A DNA stretch of 64,000 nt from an uncultured Actinomycetes bacterium (GTDB lineage: Bacteria; Actinomycetota; Thermoleophilia; UBA2241): contig CAVYCN010000007.1 in assembly GCA_963767005.1 (NCBI GenBank), positions 91,121 to 155,120 of the forward strand, read 5' to 3'. Each line of letters begins with the position of its first letter. Positions within the stretch are counted from its first letter, which is position 1. Below are positions 18,225 to 28,215 of the stretch, piece after piece. The notes beneath the pieces were generated by a model that was not told where the DNA came from, made no database searches, and saw only the letters and a list, made by a program, of their open reading frames with translations. Made by a program: the position numbers and the translations under genes.

Positions 18225-20267
18225 GTGGCCAAAGCAAAGAAACGCCTCGTCGTGATCGACGACGACATCCAACTGCGCGAGGAGCTCGCCGAGTCCTTCG
18301 CCGACGCCTTCCAGGTCGACACCTACGAGGGCGGCGCGGCCGCCCTGCGGGCCCTGCGCGAGGCGCCCCCCGACGCCCTGCTGCTCGACATCGAGCTCGC
18401 GGCCATCAAGGGCTTCGACGTCCTGCGCCTCATGACCTCGACCCCCGAACTGCGCTCGGCGCCGGTCGTCGTGCTGTCGGCGGTGACCGACTTCGAGACC
18501 TTCGAGCAGGCCCACCGGCTCGGCATCGCCGACTACGTCACCAAGCCCTTCCGCGTCGAGGACCTGCGCGACAAGATCGAGCGCGCCATCGACCGGCGCC
18601 ACAGGCGCAGCGCCGGGCGCCTCAAGCTCGGCGCGCTGCTGGTCGAGAGCGGCATCGTCACCCAGGGCCAGATCGACGAAGCCCTCGAGCGCCAGCAGCA
18701 GGGCGGCGGGCGCCTCGGCGAGGTGCTCGTCGCCTCGGGCCTGGTGTCCGAGGACGACCTCATCCAGGCCCTCGCCGGCCAGATGCACTTAGACGTCGTC
18801 GACCTGCGTGCCGTCGTCCCCAATCCGGCCGCCGTCGGCCTGCTGCCGCGCGACTTCATCGTGCGCCACCGGCTCATGCCGCTGCGCCTCGACCAGGCGG
18901 GCAGCCTCGTGATCGCCATGACCAACCCGCTCGACGTGGTCGTGATCGACGAGGTCCGGCTGCGCACCAAGCGCCGCGTCGTGCCGGTCATCTGCGGTGA
19001 GAGCGCCTTCGACGAGGCCCTCTCGATCTTCACGAACAAGCGCGGCAAGCTCAAGGAGCTCGACGGCGCCGAGCCCGAGTCGCGCCCCGACCTGCCCGGC
19101 GCCCAGGACGCCTCGATCATCGAGATCGTCGACGCGGTGCTGACCGACGCGATCGGCATGAAGGCCTCCGACATCCACGTCGAGCCGCGCGAGGACGTGC
19201 TGCAGATCCGCTGCCGGGTCGACGGCGTGCTGCACGACCTGCGCGAGTACTCGGTCGAGCTGCAGGCCGGCGTCATCAGCCGCCTCAAGATCATGGCCAA
19301 CATGGACATCGCCGAGCGCCGCCTGCCCCAGGACGGACGCACCAGCTTCGAGACCGGCGACGGCGACCTCGTCGACATGCGTCTCGCGTCGATCCCCAGC
19401 CTGTACGGCGAGAGCATCACGATCCGCATCCTCGAGGTCTCACCGCTGCCCCCCACGCTGGTCTCGCTCGGCCTCGCCGGCTCGAGCCTGGAGCACTTCG
19501 AGGCGGCCATCAGGCGGCCCGACGGCGGCATCGTGATCTGCGGCCCGACCGGCAGCGGCAAGTCGACCACGCTCTACACCACGCTCGAGCTCATCAAGTC
19601 GCCCGAGCGCAAGATCTACACGGTCGAGGACCCGATCGAGCGCAAGCTGCACGGCGTGGTGCAGACCGAGGTCAAGCCGATCATCGGCCTCACGTTCGCC
19701 CAGGCGCTGCGCTCGCTGGTGCGCGCCGACCCCGACGTCATCATGGTCGGTGAGGTGCGCGACCTGGAGACCGCCAAGATGGCGGCCGACGCGGCCATCA
19801 CCGGCCACCTCGTGTTCACCACGCTGCACACCGGCGACGCCATCTCGTCGGTCAGCCGCCTGATCGAGATGGGCCTGCCGCCCTACCTGGTCGCGGCCGC
19901 CTACCGCTGCATCGTGTCGCAGCGCCTCGTCCGCCGCCTCTGCCGCCACTGCCGGCGGCCCGAGGTCATGACCGCCGAACGCTGGACCGAGCTCGGCCTG
20001 GGCGCCCCGCCGGCACGGCGGATCGACCTGTACGCGCCGGTGGGCTGCCCCAAATGCTTCGGTACAGGCTACTTCGGGCGACTCGGCCTGTATGAGGTGC
20101 TCACGATCGACGACGACCTGCGCGAGATGATCGCGACCGCCGCGACCGTCGGCGAGATGCGCGCCGCGGCCCGCAAGCGCGGCGTCGAGAGCATCCACGA
20201 CGACGGCGTGCGCAAGGTGCTCGACGGCTCTACGAGCTATCTCGAGCTCGTGCGCGTCACGGCGTAG
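18225..20267 (+). CDS. Receiver domain-MshEN-GspE/PilB ATPase fusion
   Basis: REC (VIDDD, LLLDI, LSA, TKPF); tandem KLG/RLG..L...G....Q MshEN motif; ASDIHVEP, GPTGSGKST, TVEDPIE, DPDVIMVGEVRD, TGHLVFTTLH; CxxC...CxxC. Confidence 0.9.
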   Translation: MAKAKKRLVVIDDDIQLREELAESFADAFQVDTYEGGAAALRALREAPPDALLLDIELAAIKGFDVLRLMTSTPELRSAPVVVLSAVTDFETFEQAHRLGIADYVTKPFRVEDLRDKIERAIDRRHRRSAGRLKLGALLVESGIVTQGQIDEALERQQQGGGRLGEVLVASGLVSEDDLIQALAGQMHLDVVDLRAVVPNPAAVGLLPRDFIVRHRLMPLRLDQAGSLVIAMTNPLDVVVIDEVRLRTKRRVVPVICGESAFDEALSIFTNKRGKLKELDGAEPESRPDLPGAQDASIIEIVDAVLTDAIGMKASDIHVEPREDVLQIRCRVDGVLHDLREYSVELQAGVISRLKIMANMDIAERRLPQDGRTSFETGDGDLVDMRLASIPSLYGESITIRILEVSPLPPTLVSLGLAGSSLEHFEAAIRRPDGGIVICGPTGSGKSTTLYTTLELIKSPERKIYTVEDPIERKLHGVVQTEVKPIIGLTFAQALRSLVRADPDVIMVGEVRDLETAKMAADAAITGHLVFTTLHTGDAISSVSRLIEMGLPPYLVAAAYRCIVSQRLVRRLCRHCRRPEVMTAERWTELGLGAPPARRIDLYAPVGCPKCFGTGYFGRLGLYEVLTIDDDLREMIATAATVGEMRAAARKRGVESIHDDGVRKVLDGSTSYLELVRVTA

Positions 20268-20327
20268 TTCTGCCGTCTCAACTTCGACGCGTCACCGCCC
20301 GGCCGGCCCGCTCCGCGGCCGTGAGCG

Positions 20328-20750
20328 TCACGCCCCCTGGGCGCGGTCGCCGGCGAACATGAGCTGCCAGGACACCCCGAAGCGGTCCTGCACCCAGGCG
20401 TAGCGCGCCGCGAACGGGTAGGCATCGAGCGCCATCAGAACGCTCCCGCCCTGCGAGAGCGCTCCGTACAGCCGATCGACCTCGGCCTCGTCCGGGCACG
20501 TCACGAAGAACGAGATGCGCGGATTGAAGTCGAAGGGCTGCTCCGTGTGGCTGTCCATGGCCAGGTACGGCTGTCCGGCGAGCCTGAAGCGCGCGTGCAC
20601 CACCTGTCCTTCGGGCCCCGGGAACTGCGGTCCGTAGCGCTGTACGAAGTCGATGCCCGAGTCGTCGAACAGGCCGGCGTAGAAGGTCATGGCCTCCTCG
20701 GCCTGCCCCGCGAACATGAGCATCGTCGCGATCGTCTGCGCGTCGGCCAT
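20328..20750 (-). CDS. VOC / PhnB-like (3-demethylubiquinone-9 3-methyltransferase family) protein
   Basis: LMFAGQAEEAMTFY, FNPRISFFV.C, YAWVQDRFGVSWQL. Confidence 0.9.
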   Translation of the reverse strand: MADAQTIATMLMFAGQAEEAMTFYAGLFDDSGIDFVQRYGPQFPGPEGQVVHARFRLAGQPYLAMDSHTEQPFDFNPRISFFVTCPDEAEVDRLYGALSQGGSVLMALDAYPFAARYAWVQDRFGVSWQLMFAGDRAQGA

Positions 20751-20896
20751 CGTGTCCTCCCTGTCGTCGTCGGGCTCAGGTTCCGCCGCGGGGCGCGCCT
20801 CGAAACCGCTTAGACAGCTGTTCTATCTCAACGGGGGGACGTGAACCCGATAGAAGCAGTGGAGACCAAATCGCGGGGAGAGGAAGCCTCCGGACG

Positions 20897-20933
20897 GCGG
20901 GGCCCCAGAACATCGGGGCCCCGCTTCCATTTT
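20897..20933 (+). terminator. Intrinsic terminator oriented for a plus-strand transcript
   Basis: GCGGGGCCCC-AGAACATC-GGGGCCCCGC followed by TTCCATTTT. Confidence 0.65.
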
Positions 20934-20954
20934 CGTTGCGCGTCTGGTGACGAC

Positions 20955-20991
20955 GATCGACTGCGTCGTCGCCGGCCAGGCCGGGGTGGCT
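20955..20991 (+). repeat. Degenerate, truncated copy of the structured repeat
   Basis: GATCGACTGCGTCGTCGCCGGCCAGGCCGGGGTGGCT aligns with the copy at 18052-18088. Confidence 0.6.
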
Positions 20992-20994
20992 GCC

Positions 20995-22296
20995 CTACTC
21001 GGCCGGGCGCAGGTCGATCACGCGCCGCGCCTTGCCCTCGGAGCGGGGCAGCGTGCCGGCCTCGACCAGCTTGACCTTGGGGCGCACGAGCAGCGCCGAT
21101 CGCAGAGTCTCGGAGACGCGCCGCTCGAAGGCCACGAGATCGTCCATCCAGCCGTCGAAGATCCGCTCGTTGACCTCGACCCGCACGGTGAAGGCGTCGA
21201 GCGCGCCCTTGCGCTCGAGCACGATCTCGTAGTGCGGCTCGAGCCCCTCGATGCCGAACAGGACGGCCTCGATCGTCGACGGGAAGACGTTGACCCCACT
21301 GATGATGAACATGTCGTCGGTGCGGCCGATGACCTTGTGCATGCGGACCGTCGTGCGCCCGCAGGCGCAGGGCTCGCGCGTGATCCGCGACAGGTCACGG
21401 GTGCGGTAGCGCAGGACCGGCGAGCACTCCTTGGTGAGCGAGGTGAAGACGAGCTCGCCGACCTCGCCCTCGGGCACGGGTGCGCCGGTCGTCGGATCGA
21501 GCACCTCGACGAGAAAGTGGTCCTCGGCGACGTGCATGCCGTCCTTGTGCTCGCACTCGCCGGCGACGCCCGGGCCGATCACCTCGGTCAGGCCGTAGTT
21601 GTCGGTCGCCGAGATGCCCCAGCGCTCCTCGACGCGAGCGCGCAGCGCGTCGCTGCAGGCCTCGGCGCCGAACAGGCCGAGGCGCAGCTTGAGGCTCTCG
21701 CGCACGCCGGCCTGCGCCGCGGCCTCGCCCAGGTGCAGCGCGTACGACGGTGTGCAGATCAGCACGGTGGTGCCGAAGTCTTCCATGAACTGGATCTGAC
21801 GGGCCGTGTTGCCGGCCGAGTGCGGTACGACCAGGGCACCGATGCGCTGCAGGCCGTAGTGCAGGCCGAAGCCGCCGGTGAACATGCCGTAGCCGAAGGC
21901 CACCTGGGCGACGTCGCCCGGCACGACGCCGGCGGCCGACGCGAGGCGGGCGACCAGGCCGGCCCAGGTGTCAAGATCGGACCGCGTGTAGCCGCCGACG
22001 ACCGGCGTGCCGGTCGTGCCCGACGAGGAGTGCACCTCGACGACCTCGGCGAGCGGCACGGCGAAGAGGCCATAGGGGTAGGCGGTGCGAAAGTCGTCCT
22101 TGGTCGTGAACGGCAGCCGGGCGACGTCGGCGAGCGTGGTGATGTCGCCGGGGCGCACGCCGGCGGCGTCAAGCCGCTCACGGTACAGGGGCACATTGTC
22201 GTAGCAGGATGCCACCGTGCGCCGCAGGCGCTCGAGCTGCAGCGCTTCGAGCGCGGCGCGTTCCATGGTCTCGTGACGTTCGTCCCAGATGGGCAC
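20995..22296 (-). CDS. paaK: Phenylacetate-CoA ligase family protein
   Basis: LPFTTKDD, HSSSGTTG, YGMFTGGFGLHYG, YGLTEVIGPGV, RYRTRDL, GRTDDMFIISGVNVFP. Confidence 0.9.
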   Translation of the reverse strand: MPIWDERHETMERAALEALQLERLRRTVASCYDNVPLYRERLDAAGVRPGDITTLADVARLPFTTKDDFRTAYPYGLFAVPLAEVVEVHSSSGTTGTPVVGGYTRSDLDTWAGLVARLASAAGVVPGDVAQVAFGYGMFTGGFGLHYGLQRIGALVVPHSAGNTARQIQFMEDFGTTVLICTPSYALHLGEAAAQAGVRESLKLRLGLFGAEACSDALRARVEERWGISATDNYGLTEVIGPGVAGECEHKDGMHVAEDHFLVEVLDPTTGAPVPEGEVGELVFTSLTKECSPVLRYRTRDLSRITREPCACGRTTVRMHKVIGRTDDMFIISGVNVFPSTIEAVLFGIEGLEPHYEIVLERKGALDAFTVRVEVNERIFDGWMDDLVAFERRVSETLRSALLVRPKVKLVEAGTLPRSEGKARRVIDLRPAE

Positions 22297-22427
22297 GGGT
22301 CGCTCCTCGCGAAAGACCGGACGGCGGCCCGCGGGCCGCACGGACCGAGCGCAAGTGTATCGGGCCGCCGGGCGCCACGCGACCCCCTGACGTGCCTGCC
22401 CATACGAGACGATCTCGACCGGGTATG

Positions 22428-22443
22428 ATACCCTTCGGGGTAT
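22428..22443. promoter_or_regulatory. CsoR-type operator upstream of copA
   Basis: ATACCCTTCGGGGTAT, the TAC-C-tract/G-tract-GTA pseudo-palindrome typical of CsoR/RicR sites. Confidence 0.75.
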
Positions 22444-22497
22444 ATGTTCACCGCTTCCGGCAGGCCCGAGAGCGACGGCGCGAAGCAGGGCGGCATC

Positions 22498-25029
22498 GTG
22501 GCTGAGGAACAGACGATCGACCAGGCCGGCACGGGTCCGGCCGCGGCCGACGCCGCGGGGACCGGCCGGGCGACGGTCGAGATCCCGATCAGCGGCATGA
22601 CCTGCGCGAGCTGCGTAGCCCGCAACGAGCGCGCGCTCAAGCGCGCGGCCGGCGTCAGCACGGCCAGCGTCAACTTCGCCACCGAGAAGGCGACCGTCAC
22701 CTACGACCCGGCGCAGACCGACGTCACACGTCTCGCCGAGACCATCCGCCGGAGCGGCTACGACGTGCCAGTCGCACGCGAGACGCTCGCCATCGAGGGC
22801 ATGACCTGCGCGAGCTGCGTAGCCCGCAACGAGAAGGCCTTGCGGCGCGTGCCGGGCGTCTTGCGCGCCCAGGTCAATCTGGCCACCGGAAAGGCCACGG
22901 TCGAGCACCTGCCCGGCACCGCCGCCCGCGACGACCTGGTGGCGGCGGTGCGGCGGGCCGGCTACGAAGTCGCCGCCCCGGCCCGCCGCACGACGGGCGC
23001 CGGCGCCACGACCGGGATCGCCGACGAGGCCGACGCCGAGCTGCTCGCGCGCCGCGCCGGCGAGCGCCGCCTGCTGCGCAAGGTCGTGGTCGGCGCTGCG
23101 CTGTCGGCCCTCGTCTTTCTGGGCAGCATGGGCTTCTCGTTCGTGCCGTCGTTCCTGACGAACGGCTGGGTGCTGTGGGCCCTCGCCACGCCGGTGCAGT
23201 TCTGGGTCGGCCGCCAGTTCTATCGCGCCGCGCTGGCCGCGGCGCGCCACGGCGGCACCACGATGGACACCCTCGTAGCCCTGGGCTCGTCGGCCGCGTA
23301 CCTCTACAGCGCCGCCGGCGTGCTGTTCCCCGGGTTCTTCGACCATCACGGCCTGGGCGCGCCCATGTACTTCGACTCGGCGGCGCTCATCGTCACCCTC
23401 ATCCTGCTGGGCCGCCTGTTCGAGGCGCGCGCCCGCGGCCGCACCGGCGACGCCATCCGCACGCTGATCGGCCTGCAGCCGCGCACCGCGCGCGTGCTGC
23501 GCGACGGCGCCGAGGTCGACGTGCCGCTCGCCGAGGTCGCCCACGACGACCTCGTGCGCGTGCGTCCCGGCGAGAAGGTGCCGGTCGACGGCATCGTGGT
23601 CGACGGCGCCTCGGCGGTCGACGAGGCGATGCTCACCGGCGAGGCCCTGCCGGTGGCCAAGTCGCCCGGCGACGAGGTGATCGGCTCGACCCTGAACACG
23701 ACGGGTACGTTCACGCTGCGCGCGACGCGCGTGGGCGCCGAGACCGCCCTGGCGCAGATCGTGCGCCTGGTCGAGCAGGCTCAGGGCGCCCGTCCGCCGA
23801 TCGCCCGCCTGGCCGACCTCATCGCGAGCTGGTTCGTGCCGGCCGTCATGGCGGTGGCCGGCGCGACCTTCCTCGTCTGGCTGCTCGTCGGCCCGCAGCC
23901 GGCGCTCAACTACGCCCTTGTGAATGCGATCGCGGTGCTCGTCATCGCCTGCCCCTGCGCCCTCGGCCTGGCGACGCCGACGGCCGTCATGGTGGGCACC
24001 GGCAAGGGCGCCCAGAACGGCGTGCTCATCCGCGACGGCGCCTCGCTCGAGACGGCGCACACGCTGCAGATCGTCGTCCTCGACAAGACCGGCACGATCA
24101 CCGAGGGCCGACCCGCCGTGACCGATGTCGTCGTGGCGCCGGGCGGCGCGGTCGACACGAGCGACGAGCTCCTGCGCCTGGTCGCGGCGGCCGAGCGCGG
24201 CTCCGAGCACCCGCTCGCCGCCGCGGTGCTGCGAGCCGCCGGCGAGCGCGGCCTGCAGCTCCCCGACGCCGCCGAGTTCGAGGCGAGCGCCGGGCACGGC
24301 GTGCGCGCCGTCGTCGAGGGCCGCGAGGTGCTCGCCGGCAACGAGCGCTACTTCGCGCAGGCCGGCGTCGCCGTGGGCGACCACGCGGCGGCCGACCTGG
24401 CGGCCGCCGGCAAGACCACGATCCGCGTCGCGCTCGACCGGCAGCCGGCCGGCCTGCTCGGCATCGCCGATCCCGTCAAACCGGGCGCGCGCGACGCCGT
24501 GCGCCGCCTGCGCGAGCTCGGCCTCCGTGTCGTGATGCTCACCGGCGACCGGCGCGAGACGGCCACGGCGATCGCCGCCGAGGTCGGTATCGACGAAGTC
24601 GCGGCCGAGGTGCTGCCCGACGGCAAGGCGGCCGAGATCGCCCGGCTGCAGGCCGGTGGCACGCGCGTGGCCATGGTCGGCGACGGCGTGAACGACGCGC
24701 CGGCGCTCGCCCAGGCCGACGTCGGCGTCGCGATCGGCACCGGCGCCGACGTGGCGATCGAGGCGAGCGACATCACCCTGGTGTCCGGCGACCTGCACGC
24801 CGTGGTCACCGCGATCCTGCTGTCGCGCGCCACGATGCGCACCATCAGGCAGAACCTGTTCTGGGCGTTCGGCTACAACGTCGCCCTGATCCCGCTCGCG
24901 GCCGGTGTGCTCTACCCGCCGTTCGGCGTGCTCCTCAACCCGATCTTCGCCGCCGCGGCGATGGGCCTGTCGAGCGTGACGGTCGTGAGCAACAGCCTGC
25001 GCCTGCGGCGCTTCCGCGCGACCGCCTAG
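22498..25029 (+). CDS. copA: Cu(I)-translocating P1B-type ATPase with two HMA domains
   Basis: Two GMTCASC motifs, TGE, CPC, DKTGT, SEHPL, GDGVND, YN and MGLSS. Confidence 0.95.
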   Translation: MAEEQTIDQAGTGPAAADAAGTGRATVEIPISGMTCASCVARNERALKRAAGVSTASVNFATEKATVTYDPAQTDVTRLAETIRRSGYDVPVARETLAIEGMTCASCVARNEKALRRVPGVLRAQVNLATGKATVEHLPGTAARDDLVAAVRRAGYEVAAPARRTTGAGATTGIADEADAELLARRAGERRLLRKVVVGAALSALVFLGSMGFSFVPSFLTNGWVLWALATPVQFWVGRQFYRAALAAARHGGTTMDTLVALGSSAAYLYSAAGVLFPGFFDHHGLGAPMYFDSAALIVTLILLGRLFEARARGRTGDAIRTLIGLQPRTARVLRDGAEVDVPLAEVAHDDLVRVRPGEKVPVDGIVVDGASAVDEAMLTGEALPVAKSPGDEVIGSTLNTTGTFTLRATRVGAETALAQIVRLVEQAQGARPPIARLADLIASWFVPAVMAVAGATFLVWLLVGPQPALNYALVNAIAVLVIACPCALGLATPTAVMVGTGKGAQNGVLIRDGASLETAHTLQIVVLDKTGTITEGRPAVTDVVVAPGGAVDTSDELLRLVAAAERGSEHPLAAAVLRAAGERGLQLPDAAEFEASAGHGVRAVVEGREVLAGNERYFAQAGVAVGDHAAADLAAAGKTTIRVALDRQPAGLLGIADPVKPGARDAVRRLRELGLRVVMLTGDRRETATAIAAEVGIDEVAAEVLPDGKAAEIARLQAGGTRVAMVGDGVNDAPALAQADVGVAIGTGADVAIEASDITLVSGDLHAVVTAILLSRATMRTIRQNLFWAFGYNVALIPLAAGVLYPPFGVLLNPIFAAAAMGLSSVTVVSNSLRLRRFRATA

Positions 25030-25132
25030 GCTAGACGCGTCGCGCGCCCGTCGCGCCGCACGCCGCGATCGCCGACCTCAAGCAAGGCTACGACCCCGGC
25101 CTCGAGCGCTCTCCCGCGCGCCTCAGACGAGA

Positions 25133-25160
25133 AGGGGGCCGTCCTCGCGGACGGCCCCCT
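25133..25160. terminator. 12-bp hairpin, terminator for copA and/or the minus-strand small ORF
   Basis: AGGGGGCCGTCC-TCGC-GGACGGCCCCCT. Confidence 0.6.
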
Positions 25161-25204
25161 GGGCACCAATCATAGGCGGGGCGCGAACCCCGCGGTGACG
25201 TCTG

Positions 25205-25282
25205 TCAGCGGGCACCCCGCTCGCGACGGCGCTCGTCGCGGCGACTGCGCGACACGTAGTTCATGGCCAGCAGACTGCGCAT
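25205..25282 (-). CDS. Candidate 25-aa Arg-rich small protein MRSLLAMNYVSRSRRDERRRERGAR
   Basis: CGGAGG SD 7 nt before the ATG, AT-richer upstream region, terminator-like hairpin downstream; below the ORF-track cutoff. Confidence 0.45.
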   Translation of the reverse strand: MRSLLAMNYVSRSRRDERRRERGAR

Positions 25283-25422
25283 TGCCGACCCTCCGTTTCT
25301 GTTGCGGACTCGTTCTATCCTGTACATACCGCCCCCTCGGCGCGGCGAAACGCCGGCCGCGAGCGCCGATGTCGCGGTGGTACACTGCCCGGGTCGACGC
25401 CACGCGACGAGGGAGACGCACC

Positions 25423-26127
25423 ATGGCGACCGCCGAGCGGAGCCGCAACCACATGCTGGTCGACGCCGTGCTGCGCACCGCCGGCATCGACCTCTGGGGA
25501 GCCGCCGCCAACGATCCGGTCATGCCCGCCTCCCCCGCGCTGCCCACGGCGATCGCGCTTGCCGTGCGCATCGACCCCCACGCCCTGGCGCGCCTGCAGC
25601 AGGGCGAGCCGGTCAACTACCGTGCCGAATACCGCCGCCTGAACGGCCTGCTCGACGCCGCCGGCGAGGCGCTCGTGGCCGCGCTGCGCCGTCACGGCGC
25701 CGAGACGCAGCGCAAGGACGCGACGATCTACGCCGAGCGGCCCGAGACGGGCGACTGGATGGCCGCCGGCGTCTTCGCGCACAAGACGGCGGCCACCAGA
25801 GCCGGCCTGGGCTGGATCGGCAAGACGGCGCTCTTCGTGTCGCCCGAGACCGGCCCCAAGGTGCGCCTTGCCACCGTGTTCACCGACCTGCCGCTCGACG
25901 CGGACGCGCCGGCCACCGAAGGCCGCTGCGGGAGCTGCCGGGCCTGCCTCGACGCCTGCCCGGCGGCCGCCGGACGCGACGTGACCTGGCACGCGGGCAT
26001 GAGCCGCGACGAGCTGTTCGACGCCGCCGCCTGCGACCGCTACATGGAGAGCCTGGGCTCCTCGGAGCACCGCGTCTGCGGCCTCTGCGTGGCGGCCTGC
26101 CCGTTCGGCCGCACGCCGGCTTCGTAG
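25423..26127 (+). CDS. QueG-like (epoxyqueuosine reductase family) 4Fe-4S protein
   Basis: HKTAATRAGLGWIGK, GPKVRLATVFTD, CGSCRACLDACP, CGLCVAACPFG. Confidence 0.8.
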   Translation: MATAERSRNHMLVDAVLRTAGIDLWGAAANDPVMPASPALPTAIALAVRIDPHALARLQQGEPVNYRAEYRRLNGLLDAAGEALVAALRRHGAETQRKDATIYAERPETGDWMAAGVFAHKTAATRAGLGWIGKTALFVSPETGPKVRLATVFTDLPLDADAPATEGRCGSCRACLDACPAAAGRDVTWHAGMSRDELFDAAACDRYMESLGSSEHRVCGLCVAACPFGRTPAS

Positions 26128-26143
26128 GAGACCGTCCGCACGA

Positions 26144-26182
26144 AGACGGGGGCGGGCGCCCTGCGGGCGCCCGCCCCCGTCT
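26144..26182. terminator. 18-bp hairpin between convergent genes
   Basis: AGACGGGGGCGGGCGCCC-TGC-GGGCGCCCGCCCCCGTCT. Confidence 0.6.
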
Positions 26183-26223
26183 CGTGTTCGCTCACGACCG
26201 CCGCGCCGGCGGCCGCGCCGATG

Positions 26224-27114
26224 TCAGCTGCCGCCCTTGCCGTCGGTCGCCATGGGGACGAGCCCACCCAGGTCGCCGATGACGTTGACGAGCTGCGTGT
26301 CGCCCGGCACGACGACCTTGCTGTTCTGGTACAGGGCGCGCTCGACGGCCTCGAGCTTGCGCAGCATCTGGGCGTTGCCCACGAAGTACTTGTCGGCCGC
26401 CTCGTTGACCAGCTGGATGGCCTGCGCCTCGCCCTGCGCCTCGAGGATCTTGGCCTGCCTGATGCCCTCGGCCTTCTTGATCTCGGCGCGCCGGGCGCCG
26501 TCGGCCTGGGTCTCGGTCGCGGTGGCGAAGTCGATCGCGGCGATCTTCTCGTTCTCGGCCTTCACGACCTTGTTCATGGTCTCCTGCACGTCGGGCGGCG
26601 GGTCGATCTCTTTGAGCTCGGTGCGCAGGATCTCGATGCCCCAGCTCGCCGTCTCGCTCAAAAGGGTGCCGCGCAGCTCCTCGTTGATCTTGCCGCGCTC
26701 GCTGTTGGCCGATTTCAGGGTCATGGTGCCGATGATGTTGCGCAGCGTGGTGCGCGAGAGGTTGACGATCTGCAGCTCGTAATTGGTGACGTTGTAGATC
26801 GAGGCCTTGACGTTCTCTTCGTCGGCTTTGACCTTGAGGTAGACCTGGGCGTCGACCTTGGCGTTTAAGTTGTCGTTGGTGATGATGGTCTGCGGCTGCG
26901 CCTCGACCAGGACCTCGCGGATGTCGACCTGGTACATGCGCTCGATGCCGTACGGGATGGTCAGGTGGATGCCGGGGTTGGCGTAGCGGTTGTACTTGCC
27001 CAGACGTTCCACGAGGCCACGGTGGGTGGGGCGTACGATCCTGATCCCGGACAGGATGGTGAACAGGACGAACAGGACGACGACCCCGACGATGACCCCT
27101 GCGATCCAACCCAT
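26224..27114 (-). CDS. SPFH/band 7 (stomatin-like) membrane protein
   Basis: N-terminal TM, GLVERLGKY, TTLRNIIG, WGIEILRTELKEIDPP; GAGGAGG SD. Confidence 0.92.
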   Translation of the reverse strand: MGWIAGVIVGVVVLFVLFTILSGIRIVRPTHRGLVERLGKYNRYANPGIHLTIPYGIERMYQVDIREVLVEAQPQTIITNDNLNAKVDAQVYLKVKADEENVKASIYNVTNYELQIVNLSRTTLRNIIGTMTLKSANSERGKINEELRGTLLSETASWGIEILRTELKEIDPPPDVQETMNKVVKAENEKIAAIDFATATETQADGARRAEIKKAEGIRQAKILEAQGEAQAIQLVNEAADKYFVGNAQMLRKLEAVERALYQNSKVVVPGDTQLVNVIGDLGGLVPMATDGKGGS

Positions 27115-27264
27115 TGTGGTTGCCTCCTCCTCGGAAGACGTGACGCACGACGATATTCGCACGCCTGTCCTAACTGTACCACCGTGCCTGTGAGGAATGC
27201 GTGAATGACCCGAGGAACGGCTGTGACGACGGCCCGCCGTGGCCGCTCGACGCCGGCCGCACGC

Positions 27265-28173
27265 CTAGCGCAGCACGCGGTTGGCGATCTCGAGCATCTT
27301 GGCCGGCAGCTCGGCGTGGTGGCGCACGCGGAACACCTCGCCGCGGCCCACGCCGGCGAGGCGTTCGCAGAGCGCCGGGTCCATCTTGTAGTCCTCGGTG
27401 AGCAGCACGTGCAGGCGGGGGAACGCGTCGGCCGCCGGCACGGGGTCGCCGCCGGCCGTCGAGACGCCGTCGGTGATCAGCAGGCCGGCCTTGCGCGGGT
27501 TGCGGCCACGCCGCACCTCGCGCCCGCCGAGGCGCAGGCCGGCCTCGATGTTCGTGTAGCCGCGGGCCGGCTCCGACAAGAGGCGGGTCACGATCTCCTC
27601 GGGGTCGTCGCGCTCCTCGAGGCGGGTGACGGCGCGCGCGACGCTCTCGAAGACCACGACCGACAGGTCCTCGGGGCGCAGCTTGAGGGCCAGGACGGCG
27701 GCCGCCACCGCGGCGATCGCGAGATTCTCGCCGGCCATCGACAGCGAGACGTCCATCATGAGGACGAGCTGCTGCTCGGTATCCTCGCGACGCTCGACGA
27801 TCCAGTCGTCACGCTCCGGGAACCGCTTGCCGGCGACGTTCTCGAGCGTCACTTCGACCTCGAGCTCGCCGCGGAACGGCTCGTCCATGACCTCGAGCAC
27901 CGGCCGCGTGGCGCGTCTGATCGGGCCGACCAGCCGCCAGGCGCGGCGTAGCACGGCGGCCGTGGCGATGCGGCGGGCGTAGGCCTTGAGCTCGCGGCTG
28001 CCCTGGGTGAGGCTCGTGTCGGTCAGGCGGGTGGCGACGGCCCAGCCGTCGACCGCGTCGGGCTCGACGCCGAGGCGCTCGGCCAGCACGACGTGCGCCT
28101 CGGCGTCGGTGAGCGGCGGCTCGGGCGGGCGGCCGCGCCAGGGCGCCGCGGGCACGCCGGCCGTCACGATCAT
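27265..28173 (-). CDS. VWA (MIDAS) domain protein; probably also the C-terminal part of a frameshift fusion with the upstream ATPase
   Basis: DVSLSM (DxSxS), GYTNI, LITDG. Confidence 0.85.
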   Translation of the reverse strand: MIVTAGVPAAPWRGRPPEPPLTDAEAHVVLAERLGVEPDAVDGWAVATRLTDTSLTQGSRELKAYARRIATAAVLRRAWRLVGPIRRATRPVLEVMDEPFRGELEVEVTLENVAGKRFPERDDWIVERREDTEQQLVLMMDVSLSMAGENLAIAAVAAAVLALKLRPEDLSVVVFESVARAVTRLEERDDPEEIVTRLLSEPARGYTNIEAGLRLGGREVRRGRNPRKAGLLITDGVSTAGGDPVPAADAFPRLHVLLTEDYKMDPALCERLAGVGRGEVFRVRHHAELPAKMLEIANRVLR

Positions 28174-28176
28174 GAC

Positions 28177-28215
28177 CGGCCGCCGCTCCCCGGCGGCGGC
28201 CGTCAGGCTTTTTTT
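28177..28215 (-). other. Putative -1 programmed frameshift signal
   Basis: CCA-AAA-AAA-GCC-TGA gives slippery A_AAA_AAA (28215-28209), a 6-nt spacer, then CGGCCGCCGC-CGGGGA-GCGGCGGCCG. The -1 frame is open into the VWA ORF. Confidence 0.7.

Noticed and set aside
22700-22900. E. coli-type copA/CopZ frameshift
   Set aside because: No in-phase X_XXY_YYZ heptamer found after the first HMA domain.
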